Shown here: piece by piece, positions 39,185 to 52,770 of the stretch
Layout: each line of letters starts with the position of its first letter
Numbering within the stretch: position 1 is the first letter of the stretch
NCBI GenBank assembly: GCA_950097015.1
Contig: CATNEN010000030.1
Coordinates: 1,860,001 to 1,924,000, forward strand
Source of the DNA: Macrostomum hystrix
Taxonomy: Eukaryota; Animalia; Platyhelminthes
Length of the DNA: 64,000 bases
Reading direction: 5' to 3'
Notes under the pieces: model-generated
What the model saw: the letters and a program-made list of their open reading frames with translations, nothing else
What the model was told of the DNA's origin: nothing
Database searches by the model: none
Program-made: the position numbers and the translations under genes

Positions 39185-39500
39185 CTAACCTGTTACAATG
39201 GGACATTACCAATTACGATGGGACATTACCTATTACAATGGGACTTTACCTACGCAATGGGATTTTATCTATTACAATGAGACTTTACCTATTACAATGG
39301 GAAATTACCTATTACAATAGGACATTACCTATTACAATGGGACTTTACCTACGCAATGGGATTTTATCTATTACAATGAGACTTTACCTATTACAATGGG
39401 ACATTACCTATTACAATGGGATATTACCTATTACAATGGGATATTACCTATTACAATGGGATATTACCTATTACAATGGGACATTACCTATTACAATGGG
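39185..39500. repeat. 20-bp minisatellite (attacctattacaatgggac)
   Basis: Direct reading; CDKL1 intron 3. Confidence 0.9.
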
Positions 39501-39580
39501 ACGTATTATTTTGTCGCAACAGTAAATAAGGAAATCACAGTACTTTCGGGACAATAATAGAATCAAATGCAGCGGCTTAC

Positions 39581-39653
39581 ATTGTGCGAATGGCAGAAGC
39601 TGACTGCATCCAACAGTTGGTAGGTGATTTTTCTTATCTGGTTGCGGTCCATT
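39581..39653 (-). CDS. CDKL1: CDKL1 exon 3 (MDRNQIRKITYQLLDAVSFCHSHN)
   Basis: Subdomain VIa; phases fit neighbours. Confidence 0.93.
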
Positions 39654-39737
39654 CTGAGAATTGAAATTTGAAAATGATTTTTTGCGAATTTCTGGGAAAA
39701 AATTCTAAGCACTGTCGTAGAAGCAAATTCCTGCTCA

Positions 39738-39893
<156 letters not shown>

Positions 39894-39899
39894 TCACCA

Positions 39900-41665
39900 T
39901 AGCAACGGAATATGGATGGTCATAAGAAAAGGATAGGGATGATCATAGCAACGGGATATGGATGATCATAGCAACGGGATATGGATGATCATAGCAACGG
40001 GATATGGATGACCATAAAATGGGATATGGATGATCATAGCAATGGGATATGGATGACCATAAAATGGGATATGGATGATCATAGCAATGGGATATGGATG
40101 ACAATAGCAATGGGATATGGATGACAATAGCAATGGGATATGGATGACAATAGCAATGGGATATGGATGACAATAGCAATGGGATATGGATGACAATAGC
40201 AATGGGATATGGATGACAATAGCAATGGGATATGGATGACAATAGCAATGGGATATGGATGACAATAGCAATGGGATATGGATGACAATAGCAATGGGAT
40301 ATGGATGATCATAGCAATGGGATATGGATGACAATAGCAATGGGATATGGATGACAATAGCAATGGGATATGCATGACAATAGCAATGGGATATGGATGA
40401 CAATAGCAATGGGATATGGATGATCATAGCAATGGGATATGGATGATCATAGCAATGGGATATGGATGATCATAGCAATGGGATATGGATGATCATAGCA
40501 ATGGGATATGGATGACCAAAGCAATGGGATATGGATGACAATAGCTATGGGATATGGATGACCATAAAATGGGATATGGATGATCATAGCAATGGGATAT
40601 CGTTGATCATAGCAATGGGATATCGATGATCATAGCAATGGGATATGGATGACAATAGCAATGGGATATGGATGATCATAGCAATGGGATATGGATGATC
40701 ATAGCAATGGGATATGGATGATCATAGCAACGGGATATGGATGATCATAGCAATGGGATATGGATGATCATAGCAATGGGATATGGATGATCATAGCAAC
40801 GGGATATGGATGATCATAGCAATGGGATATGGATGATCATAGCAATGGGATATGGATGATCATAGCAATGGGATATGGATGATCATAGCAATGGGATATG
40901 GATGACCATAGCAATGGGATATGGATGACAATAGCTATGGGATATGGATGACCATAAAATGGGATATGGATGATCATAGCAATGGGATATCGTTGATCAT
41001 AGCAATGGGATATCGATGATCATAGCAATGGGATATGGATGACAATAGCAATGGGATATGGATGATCATAGCAATGGGATATGGATGATCATAGCAATGG
41101 GATATGGATGATCATAGCAACGGGATATGGATGATCATAGCAATGGGATATGGATGATCATAGCAATGGGATATGGATGATCATAGCAACGGGATATGGA
41201 TGATCATAGCAATGGGATATGGATGATCATAGCAATGGGATATGGATGATCATAGCAACGGGATATGGATGATCATAGCAACGGGATATGGATGATCATA
41301 GCAATGGGATATGGATGATGATAGCAATGGGATATGGATGATCATAGCAATGGGATATGGATGATCATACCAATGAAATATGGATGATCATAGCAATGAA
41401 ATATGGATGATCATAGCTATGAAATATGGATGATCATAGCAATGAAATATGGATGATCATAGCAATGAAATATGGATGATCATAGCAATGAAATATGGAT
41501 GTTCATAGCAATGAAATATGGATGATCATAGCAATGGGATATGGATGATGATAGCAATGGGATATGGATGATCATATCAATGGGATATGGATGATGATAG
41601 CAATGGGATATGGATGATCATAGCAATCTGACATGGATGATCATAGCAATGGGATATGGATGATC
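39900..41665. repeat. 23-bp minisatellite (atagcaatgggatatggatgatc)
   Basis: About 76 units; starts within the X-box-like GTCACCATAGCAAC at 39893-39906. Confidence 0.95.
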
Positions 41666-42469
41666 AAAATATATTTGTCTTAATTACATAATTGAAAATT
41701 GGTATTGAAATATTGTGGCTTTTCGTTTGCGGAGTAATTAAAAAATATAATTTGAAGAAAATGATATTGAAAATATCGCTTTTTTACTGCCCTAAAGCAC
41801 TTTTCGATCATTTCCATGCTCGGCAGGCAGCACGGAGCAGATGGGCGGGGCCAACGAGGACTGCTTCACTCTAATCTGGCAGGGCCAGAAGAGAAGATAG
41901 AAGGGGCTGCCAGCAGCAGAAGCAGGCAGACAGGGAGGATGGGAAGACTGAGGTGAGTACGAGGCGGCGGCACTCGAGCAGGCAGTGCTCAGGTAGAGAA
42001 AGGTGGGGAGGCCGTATAGGTTTGGGAATTTTATCCCTGAGCTGAGCTGTGCGGAGTGAGGCGGGAGAAAGCGATTGCAGGGGGGAGTGGTACGCTTTGG
42101 GGCGGTTGCTATGGATACGAAAAGCAACTCGGATCGCAACACAGGGCTGGGGGAGCATCAGAGCAGATAGGCGACCCGCGCTGTCTCCAAACCCTGCCAC
42201 CTGAGCTGAGCATACTCTGAGTATAGGGCCCGCATCTCCAGGGTATCCGTCAGGAAACTCATGGGATGAGAGAGGGACTTATCCCGCAGCTCATTTTCAC
42301 CTATATAGTCATGCCCTTTTTATCCCGAAATCGAAGACGGAGGGGGCAGAAATTTATTGATTTTTCCAGCCGAACTATGAGCGCAAGACAGGGCGGCGAC
42401 GCGTACGACTCGATTTCACGACGAAGCCGCCCCATTAGTTTGGACCAAGAAGGCTTATATTCGGGGCTT

Positions 42470-42875
42470 GTATGAGTGTGTGCCTGTGTACGGTGTCTGT
42501 CTGTGCCTGTGTACGGTGTCTGTCTGTGCCTGTGTACGGTGTCTGTCTGTGCCTGTGTACGGTGTCTGTCTGTGCCTGTGTACGGTGTCTGTCTGTGCCT
42601 GTGTACGGTGTCTGTCTGTGCCTATGTACGGTGTCTGTCTGTGCCTGTGTACGGTGTCTGTCTGTGCCTATGTACGGTGTCTGTCTGTGCCTATGTACGG
42701 TGTCTGTCTGTTCCTGTGTACGGTGTCTGTCTGTGCCTGTGTACGGTGTCTGTCTGTGCCTGTGTACGGTGTCTGTGTGCGCCTGTGTACGGTGTCTGTC
42801 TGTGCCTGTGTACAGTGTCTGTGTGTGCCTGTGTACGGTGTCTGTGTGTGCGTGCCTGTGTACGGTGTCTGTGTT
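42470..42875. repeat. 23-bp minisatellite (tgtgtacggtgtctgtctgtgcc)
   Basis: Direct reading; CDKL1 intron 1. Confidence 0.95.
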
Positions 42876-43129
42876 TCATGCTTTAATACACGCAATGGAT
42901 TATTGCGAACGTCTCCGGAGTAGAATTAGTCAAGCAGTTGTGGGATCTTGAGCAGGTGTGGGGGTTTCGCAGACTGTGTGAATTATTTGATGAATACTGT
43001 CTAATTTTATATCTAAGTCTCACTCTATTATGGCTAGAATTCTCTGATGCAGTCGGTAACAAAGAGAGACAGCTTCTCAATGATTGTCGTTAGGCTCTCT
43101 AGTACATTTTTCATACCCTAACACATGTG

Positions 43130-44598
43130 TCTGCTGCTCCGTCCAGATTCTATGGGTTCTGCTGACCTCTCCAGATTCTATGGGTTCTGCTGCTCCGTCC
43201 AGATTCTATGGTGTCTGCTGCTCCGTCCAGATTCTATGGGTTCTGCTGCCCTCTCCAGATTCTATGGGTTCTGCTGACCCCTCCAGATTCTATGGGTTCT
43301 GCTGACCCCTCCAGATTCTATGGGTTCTGCTGACCCCTCCAGATTCTATGGGTTCTGCTGACCCCTCCAGATTCTATGGGTTCTGCTGCCCTCTCCAGAT
43401 TCTATGGGTTCTGCTGACCCCTCCAGATTCTATGGGTTCTGCTGCCCTCTCCAGATTCTATGGGTTCTACTGCCCTCTCCAGATTCTATGGGTTCTGCTG
43501 ACCCCTCCAGATTCTATGGGTTCTGCTGCCCTCTCCATATTCTATGGGTTGTGCTGCCCTCTCCATATTCTATGGGTTCTGCTGCCCTCTCCAGATTCTA
43601 TGGGTTCTGCTGACCCCTCCAGATTCTATGGGTTCTGCTGCCCTCTCCAGATTCTATGGGTTCTGCTGACCCCTCCAGATTCTATGGGTTCTGCTGACCC
43701 CTCCAGATTCTATGGGTTCTGCTGCCCTCTCCAGATTCTATGGTGTCTGCTGCCCTCTCCAGATTCTATGGGTTCTGCTGACCCCTCCAGATTCTATGGG
43801 TTCTGCTGCCCTCTCCAGATTCTATGGTGTCTGCTGACCCCTCCAGATTCTATGGGTTCTGCTGCCCTCTCCAGATTCTATGGGTTCTGCTGCCCTCTCC
43901 AGATTCTATGGTGTCTGCTGCCCTCTCCAGATTCTATGGGTTCTGCTGCCCTCTCCATATTCTATGGGTTGTGCTGCCCTCTCCATATTCTATGGGTTGT
44001 GCTGCCCTCTCCAGATTCTATGGGTTCTGCTGCCCTCTCCAGATTCTATGGGTTCTGCTGCCCTCTCCAGATTCTATGGGTTCTGCTGCCCTCTCCATAT
44101 TCTATGGGTTCTGCTGCCCTCTCCAGATTCTATGGGTTCTGCTGCCCTCTCCAGATTCTATGGGTTCTACTGCCCTCTCCAGATTCTATGGTGTCTGCTG
44201 CCCTCTCCATATTCTATGGGTTGTGCTGCCCTCTCCATATTCTATGGTGTCTGCTGCCCTCTCCATATTCTATGGTGTCTGCTGCCCTCTCCATATTCTA
44301 TGGGTTGTGCTGCCCTCTCCGTATTCTATGGTGTATGCTGCCCTCTCCATATTCTATGGTGTCTGCTGCCCTCTCCATATTCTATGGTGTCTGCTGCCCT
44401 CTCCATATTCTATGGGTTGTGCTGCCCTCTCCATATTCTATGGTGTCTGCTGCCCTCTCCATATTCTATGGTGTCTGCTGCCCTCTCCATATTCTATGGG
44501 TTGTGCTGCCCTCTCCATATTCTATGGTGTCTGCTGCCCTCTCCATATTCTATGGGTTGTGCTGCCCTCTCCATATTCTATGGTGTCTGCTGCCCTCA
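43130..44598. repeat. 28-bp minisatellite (ccctctccagattctatgggttctgctg)
   Basis: About 52 units; variant gradient along the array. Confidence 0.95.
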
Positions 44599-45250
44599 GC
44601 AGAAAAAATTAGCTCAGCAGCTGATAGAACTAGCTAACAAAAAATTAGCTAGTTTTTACTTTTCATTCAGGCATTTTGTGAATAAAATACCTTTGACTTA
44701 AAGCACAGGTCTTAGTTAGATATTATTGTTGACCTTGCAGGATTGATAACTTGACAGCTTAACAGACAGGCAGGCATACAGGAGCATCCATTTTACTTCT
44801 GGTCCATTTGCCGATCACAGGACTTATATTTCTTCGCAATTCATTGCGCAACTAATACGCGGCTACCTCACAATTATTCTGATCCACAGCGCAAAAACTC
44901 TTAATGATGGGCAGTTGCATCAATATTTAATGAGCAATTCAATAATAACTAATGCAAATAGAGGGGGTAAAGAGTAACGAGTAATACTGAGATATCTCTA
45001 CGGAACACTGAGAGACACTCAATTATATCATGGCGCCAGGGTTTATATACACTCATTAGACTGCAAGGAGTATAAGTGCACTTTTATCGATATATTAACT
45101 ATATAGCCAGCAAGGACCGATAAAAGAAGAAGAACGGGACAATGTTCCTATCTTGCTAGTGAATTTTCCGTAAAAATCTGCCTTCGATAAATTTTCCAAG
45201 AAACGAAGTGTCCCGTCCTGTCTATGGCAAAATGTCTAACAAAATGTCTA

Positions 45251-45553
<303 letters not shown>

Positions 45554-45589
45554 TTAGAAGCCTCACTTATAAAATTTTCCCTGGTTTTC

Positions 45590-46132
45590 CTGTTTCCTAG
45601 ACTCTAGAATCCTCAGTTTCCTAGACTCTAGAATCCTCAGTTTCCTAGACTCCATAATCCTCAGTTTCCTAGACTCTAGAATCCTCAGTTTCCTAGACTC
45701 CAAAATCCTCAGTTACCTAGACTACAGAATCCTCAGTTTCCTAGACTCTAGAATCCTCAGTTTCCTAGACTCCATAATCGTCAGTTACCTAGACTCCATA
45801 ATCCTCAGTTTCCTAGACTACATAATCCTCAGTTTCCTAGACTCCATAATCCTCAGTTTCCTAGACTACAGAATCCTCAGTTTCCTAGACTCTAGAATCC
45901 TCAGTTTCCTAGACTCCATAATCGTCAGTTACCTAGACTCCATAATCCTCAGTTTCCTAGACTACAGAATCCTCAGTTTCCTAGACTCTAGAATCCTCAG
46001 TTTCCTAGACTCCATAATCCTCAGTTTCCTAGACTCCAAAATTCTCAGTTACCTAGACTACAGAATCCTCAGTTTCCTAGACTCCATAATCCTCAGTTTC
46101 CTAGACTCTAGAATCCTCAGTTTCCTAGACTA
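45590..46132. repeat. 24-bp minisatellite (ctcagtttcctagactctagaatc)
   Basis: About 22 units upstream of the CDKL1 ATG. Confidence 0.95.
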
Positions 46133-46599
46133 CGGACTTTATTGATGACGGAGTAGGACTTTATGCACAACACGAATATAATACAGTTGCAAGCAAGGTA
46201 TACAGGAGGTAATAAACAGCACAGGGAGAACGCGGATAGAGTTTAATTGCATTAGTATTTATTCGTCATTAAAATCACAATCTTTTTTGATACATTTGCT
46301 TCAATGCCTGTCTCTTTAGAAATAATAACCATTTAATAAACTTTCAAAGGGCGGTTCAGTCAAAGAGAGAGGAAATAGAGAGGCCCTGATAATCTTCTAA
46401 AATTGCAAGCACTCACGAAGGGCTTAGCAGGATGAATTTGAAAAATAAAAGATCACGCAAGGACTAGGAAAGTATGCTGTAAAGCTCGAATATTAATTTT
46501 AAAAAATTACTTTTCGTTATTCTATGCATTCTATATTTGCACACTAGAGCCTGTGGGATATATGATATATGATAATAAGAAAGAAAGCAACAATAGATA

Positions 46600-46647
46600 G
46601 ATGGATCTAGATAGATAGATAGATGGATCTAGATAGATAGATAGATG

Positions 46648-46746
<99 letters not shown>
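46600..46746. repeat. (GATA)n microsatellite
   Basis: Direct reading. Confidence 0.97.
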
Positions 46747-47387
46747 CCTAGAAGCGAATCGTCAAGATAAAGACGATTTCGCAAGTTGACTGCAATCACT
46801 AATTTAGCTTTAATTTCACCTGTGCTGCGTTGGTTGTGTCTTTGAATAGTTCAACTTGTTAATTCGCTCTGCAAAAAAATAAAACAAATTCAAAAAATGG
46901 CAACATTAACTATGAAGCTAAATATTAAGCCAAAAAAATCAATACCGGATTGCAATAATGCACAAAATAATAATCAACGGAACATACTCAACAAAAAGAT
47001 GATTATAAAACTGTTCTTCTATACACAAATACTCGTAGTTATGGGCGATTCACAAAATGGGGCAACAACAGAAGTTGCATGCTGTTATCATGTAACTCGT
47101 ATTTAATCATTGCTTGCTGGCTTCGGCGTCTCAGGTGTGCGGCGTGCAAAATTAACGACTTTAAATAATATACAAAAAGCAAAATAGCTGCTTGTTTCGG
47201 ATCGGCAAAAAATAGAAAATAATTAACTATCTTCCCTTCCGATCACAGCCGGACAACAATGTCTATAAGCCAACGGGTTATCAACACAACGCAAAGTGAT
47301 TTGTTAAAAAAATTATTAATTAAATAATTTGATTTCTTTCGTGACTCTACCTGCCACGCCGCTGGTGCCAGTTTAGGCTAACTGATG

Positions 47388-47504
47388 GCACAGGTGCTGG
47401 CACAGGTGCTGGCACCGGTGGCGGCACAGGCACAGCTGAGCCTCGGTGCTTATATTCGGCTGCAGCTTTTCCGCCTGTGCCAGCACCTGTGCCAGCACCT
47501 GTGC
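47388..47504. other. Inverted repeat with perfect 28-bp arms
   Basis: 47388-47415 gcacaggtgctggcacaggtgctggcac is the exact reverse complement of 47477-47504. Confidence 0.9.
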
Positions 47505-50500
47505 AGCAGCAACAGCAGCAGGAGCAACAACTGGCACATTGGGGCGAGCAGCCGGCCGCCACGCCGGCACTGCTGCCTGGTGGCTGCAGCAGCAGCAGAG
47601 GTGGCAGGCGGGCATTCTTGGGAATCGCCGGGTGGAAGCTTTAGCAGCAGCAGTCAGGAGCATTTGGTTAAAGAGGCAGAGGATGTTAGACACTTTTTAA
47701 GTCAATCTTTTTAAAAAATTCTAGAATGCCCCCAGCGCCATCGAAGGCGTTTTACCTCGGCTTCCTTCGTTGAGCATTGTGATTTGAAAGCGAGTTGTAC
47801 TGACTAGACAGCCACATCTGACTCGCGCGGACTGCTTAATCCGATTGGTCGAAGATCGTGTTTGAGGTTTTAACTCTTGGAAATATTTTCAGACAAATAA
47901 CTGTGAGCCACTGACTGCGCTCAATGTTGACTGCTCACAGTGAGGCTAACAGATTATAGAGCGGTCGAGCTCGGAGCTCGGAGGCAAGGGGGGGTGCAGA
48001 GCATGTGGGTCGAGTGCGGGATCTAATAATGAAATTTCGGGGTTGGCGGGGTGTGCTACGCTCGCCTGTGCAGCATCCTCAGCCAACCGCATCCGACTGC
48101 AGCTCTCATTGGACAATGGGCCTGGCCCAGGTAAGCCTTGCTGTTTGCAGCCTAGTCTGAGTCGCTCATAGTCTGAGCACAGTATAATGAGCTACCTGAT
48201 AGGTGATGACAAAAAATCTGCACTAAATAGTGACTTCAGCTAAAAGATAAGTTAAAAACACTATTGCATTTATTACTTTTGTGGCTGTTGTGTTACCTGT
48301 CAAGATTTGTTTGCCTTTTTATGCAAAAACGAATTTACTGTAATGCCCTGCACGATTTAAACGTCTCAAGTTGGAGCTCATTTATTTAATTGACCCCTTC
48401 ATAATGCCTCTTGGAGGTGTGATATAAGTTCAACTTAAAACTTTTCACCTAAACTTAACAATATATAGTTGTTTGGTTAGAGTCAGAAAAATATAAAATT
48501 ACGCAAAACGTTTGCTAGTATAATATTAATAATAAGTTACATAATTTAATTACATCATTATCAATTTAATTAATTTGGTTCATAAAGTAAATTATGTTTT
48601 TTTTAAAGCACAAAAAATATTTTTATCAGTCTTCCTCATTTTAATGGTTCCGGAGAAGAGAACGACTGTTTTGTTCATTTCATTAAAATTGAGAATAAAT
48701 ATTAAAATACCGAAATCCAAAGTGCCAGAAACATTCAGAGAGTTTATATATACAAAGTACGGACAACGAAACGAACAACGAAACGTTGTTCAGATTTCCG
48801 AAACGTTAGCTGAAGTTATAAACAGTTTAAATACAGATTACTAATTTTTTCCATTTCACATTCCAAAATATTTAGTTTGTTCAAGACGAAAGTAAAAATA
48901 CAAAAAAGCTTATTAAATCAAATCAACCTCAAGCATACGAATTTACTTTTACTTTTCTGCTTCTGATTTTAAACGCAAGCATGGTCAAATATGAAAATGA
49001 TATGTTTAAACAGTTTAAACAGAACTTTAAACGCAGATTTGTGTTCTTGCAAAACTGTTCAGAATTTAAGTTACCTACCCCTTTTCCCTTGGGTGCGGAA
49101 TTTCTTCGCTGTTATGTGGACTATCGATCAAAAAGCATTTGTATCACAACAAAAAAGATTCTTATGTAACGGATTTCTAGATTTTTTTAGCTTACTAGCT
49201 GCTACGTCAAAATTTCTACAGTTTTTCAGCTGCTCTGCGTCGGACCTTCCAATTTTACATGAATTAATTCCAGATCAGCGTTTTAATTCAAATATATTTG
49301 GGTTCATTGTCAACTTGGTTAATAATAGTTAAAAACAATAAAACAATTAAATAGTTATCTTTTTCATTTATATAAACATAATTGCCCTTTAAGGAGACCT
49401 TCAGTCGGTTTATGATAAATTGAAATGTTTGATTTTGTTTAATCTCCTTGCTAATACCGGTGTGCTGAAAGGTTGATGTGTATTTTGCGAAATGTTGGGC
49501 ACTGGTGCGTTGCTGCCAGTCGAATGAGCTTTTATTTAAATATTTCAGAGAACTTTTCTTATTTGTTTATTAGGGACTTTTTATGTAAACCATTTTCAAA
49601 AGTATGAATTTACGCATGTACATGCGGGCACATGCATGCTGACAATGACATCTCTAGAATACTGGAATATAGAATATATTATTCTTGATGTGCTTGCATG
49701 CAGACTTACTTCTTTCAGTTGTTGCCGTATGTGTCTTACTTCCCGATAAAAAAATATGCTATGCATAGACGACACACCCGATAGGCTAAAAAACGCATTA
49801 CTTTTAAGTGAATTGGGATATGTGTATTACATTATAGCTATACTTTTTGTTGTATCACCCGAAGGTAATTGCAGCTAGCTTGTAAACTACTTTAATTTTT
49901 TGCGCAAAGACGTTCCGATATACATACCTTAAGTTATGCATGTTAACTGTGTTAAAGTAATCGTTTCAATGCGTATGCGTATTAGGGATTGTGTCATTGC
50001 AAATTTTTATGAAAGCAACTATTTTCTGTGCTACTTAAAGTTGTATTCGCTTCTGATTTGACCTTGATATTTTCGTAGGCACAGAGGATAAATGCTCACA
50101 CTAACATATTTTAAAGGCCTATAATTACAATAGGCTTGCAGTACTGGAGTACTGCTCCCCTCTGAGTACGCGTGTGCAAAAACGTTTGCAATGAAGCCAG
50201 AATCTCAACTGTCGCATGGAAGCGTGAAGTGTTTGCATAAATAATTACAAGGCAAGAAGAGAGAAACCTTTACCCGGCAGGAAATTTAGCGACAAGTAGT
50301 TGCATAGCAAAGCCAGGGGTTGGTGATTTGGCTGAGAGCGCACGGGAGAGAGACAGAAACTGGCAATCCAAAGTACACTGGAAGCAAAGCCGTCTCTCTC
50401 AAGCAAATTATCCTGCGAAGCCCAGAGTTTCCTGAGCACGCTCTGCCCCACGTCAGCGAATGGAGGGTGGGCGATGACACCAGGTGAGAGATTTATGCGC

Positions 50501-50803
50501 ACTCAGTCTGCATCGGCGGGGGTTTGTTGACTGCGTAACCCTGGTGAGCAGGGGCTGCCCCAACCCGACAGTACAGTGACTGTTGGATAGAGCGATTCCT
50601 TCTGTTTTGGTTGCGTTATGACAACCAACAGGCCGCCACATGCACAGTTAACAAGCTGGCAATGGGACCGGGCAATCGACTGCTCGGCGAAGATTGCTGG
50701 CGAAGAACGCAATTTCACAAGTTTCAAGAACGACAGCGAAGACTTGACAGGTTGCCGTACAGCTGGTCAAGCATCGATGTCGCCGCTTCAACTGCCGCCT
50801 TGA

Positions 50804-51074
50804 ATGGCTGCCAGGCTGCCGACGCCGCTGCAGCCGACACAAGCGCCGCCGCCTCCCATACCGGTGCCACTCAGTGTGGCACAGGTGCTGCCCCTGCTGC
50901 TATGCCTGTGCTGCTGCATCCGTCTGGCTGCACCGTTGACAGAAGCCAACTGGCCGCCACTGAAGATGCACAAGGACTTCACAAATGTCACCGCTGGGCT
51001 CACCTATGAACAGGATGTCCTGCTCAGGGAGACAGTCCGAGTGGCAGTGGCCCGTCTTGAATCGTTGCTGAAAG
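50804..51074 (+). CDS. Leishmanolysin(M8)-like SEA membrane protein, exon 1 (signal-like hydrophobic stretch)
   Basis: VAQVLPLLLCLCCCIRLAAPLTEA-NWPPLKMHKDF…RLESLLK; gtttgt donor, phase 1. Confidence 0.7.
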
Positions 51075-51234
51075 GTTTGTGGCTTAATTTAGCACTTGCT
51101 TGCAGTCGTGGGCAGAATATCGTTAAAGAGATGTCAACGAATGAAAATATTTATTTCGTTCATACTCATGGGTTCGCAGAATAGAACGACAAAACGTTTT
51201 ATTAAACAATAAAAATGAAAAAAATATTTTTATG

Positions 51235-51520
51235 AGGGCTGTGGGCAATGGCACATCATTTGGTGACACTGGACCCGCAGCCAGCCAGAAGGCAATTCTG
51301 CCCATTCCGCTGACTCATGAGCACACACGCACACCTTATTTGTACACAGGCACAAGGGTGTGTACATCTGCCCTGACGTTCTCATCAGGGCAGATGTCTC
51401 ACAAGGCTCACTAAGCCTTGCCTTTAAAGGCATAAATAACACGACAAGCCCCTAACCTTCTCTCCGCGACACGCCACAAATGAATTTGGCGGTTTAAGTG
51501 CGAGAGGCAAACGCGTTAGG
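51235..51520 (-). mobile_element. tRNA-derived SINE family A, copy 4 (5' head truncated), intronic
   Basis: Shared body and 3' segment; head replaced by ttagggttaggg (+ strand). Confidence 0.75.
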
Positions 51521-51670
51521 GTTAGGGTTGGACCTCTGCCACGCAACCTCCACGATAGTGTTTCTTTCCCAAAGATCATTCTAATTTCATGTTTCATGCT
51601 AATTCGTTTCTCATGTGTCCGCATTGAAATTGTCTCCGAGTTGTGATAGTACTGTTTTTTAATTCTACAA

Positions 51671-51993
51671 GAGGTTGTAGCCTAGTGGTTAGGGCGTCGG
51701 ACTCACGACTTGAAGGTCGGGGGTTCGATTCCGAATCCACTGAAAAAAATTGTGTCCTTTAGCAAGACACTTAACTCTGCAGTGCTTCAGTTCACCCAGC
51801 TGTTTAATGGGTACCAGCATTAGCTGGGATAATTGAAGGTGGGTGTGGCGTCCCCCCAGTCCATGGACTTAACAGCTGTACGCAGCCTTCAGATGCGCCG
51901 CGCAATAGCTGCAGGCTGTGCTGTCGGCTGCACATTTAGCCCAATTGGGGCAGGTGTAATAAATTATTCTTAGTTATTATTATTATTATTATT
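51671..51993 (+). mobile_element. CORE-SINE (tRNA head + CORE domain + (TTA)n tail)
   Basis: A box tagcctagtggt, B box ggttcgattcc; gtgtcctttagcaagacacttaactct…cacccagctgtttaatgggtacc resembles the MIR/CORE consensus. Confidence 0.85.
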
Positions 51994-52321
51994 AATTCTA
52001 AACAAGAATGTTCTTGTAATCTCTATTCTTCAATACCTCAGAAATCTCTCCTAACTTGCGAAAAGTACTTCTACGATATAAAATCGTATAAAATATCTGA
52101 GCTTCTTTAAATATCAACATTTGATGTATAGCTTTGATTAAAAAATCTTAGTTTATCATTTTCAAATTAATGACCAATTTTTAAATTCACGGTGTTTAAA
52201 ATTTAGAAACGATATGCTCAAACAGGCTTTCAATTAAACAAGTTATAACTTTTTAACGATATCCCCCACTAGCAGAACAATTCTGGCCATTTTAATCAAT
52301 TAATTTGTTTTTCTTTTATAG

Positions 52322-52468
52322 TGGTCGATTTGAACCCTGGGCAAAGATTGAGACTGAACAGGTCTCGCTCCTACTGCTTCAAAGTGGCTGGAGACAGACA
52401 AGTGCGGCCAGGCTAACTCGACCTACATGAGCACTGGCGAGTTGTGCTCTTCGGACTCAACGTTTCGT
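52322..52468 (+). CDS. M8-like protein exon 2 (needs removal of one A at 52381-52383)
   Basis: Canonical AG/GT; corrected frame YCFKWLETDKCGQANSTYMSTGELCSSDSTFR joins exon 3 in phase. Confidence 0.6.
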
Positions 52469-52546
52469 GTAAGAATATATTATCAAATTTCAACCCACAT
52501 TAGTCATTTACTGTTTAAACTAAGCTATAACTCATTGCGATTTCAG

Positions 52547-52694
52547 ATCCCAGAGGAATACCTATCTGAAGTTTCGATCTACAATGGCTCGCAGGTGGTG
52601 CCTGAAAACTGCTGGCAAGGGCGCTCAAACTGGCGCCAATTTCATCCTATTCGTGAGCCTTCAGCAAAGCAGCAGTTTTTGCATCGCATCTAAT
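52547..52694 (+). CDS. M8-like protein exon 3 (needs removal of one A at 52605-52608)
   Basis: IPEEYL…VVPE/TAGKGAQTGANFILFVS matches M8 IPxxHL and G-GV-ADFVLYV motifs. Confidence 0.65.
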
Positions 52695-52770
52695 GTAAGA
52701 ATATTAATTTATAATGAAATTGCGACACAAACTTATTCAAATTATCTTTCAATCAACTCAGCCAACGCAG

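Noticed and set aside
41830-42300. GC-rich island in CDKL1 intron 1 as nested gene or ribozyme
   Set aside because: No convincing ORF, splice pattern or ribozyme core; only the X-box at 42105 retained.
45590-46132. Minus-strand unit CTGAGGA-TT-CTAGAGTCTAG-GAAA resembling a hammerhead core in every repeat
   Set aside because: No stem I/III or NUH site can be formed in cis or with the antisense strand; likely coincidence.
47347-47714. Short ORFs on both strands over the hairpin region
   Set aside because: Low-complexity, no recognisable domain or supported splice partners.
51671-51745. Functional tRNA gene (also heads at 7689, 10188, 60820)
   Set aside because: Continues into a SINE body and tail; no clean acceptor stem or Pol III terminator.
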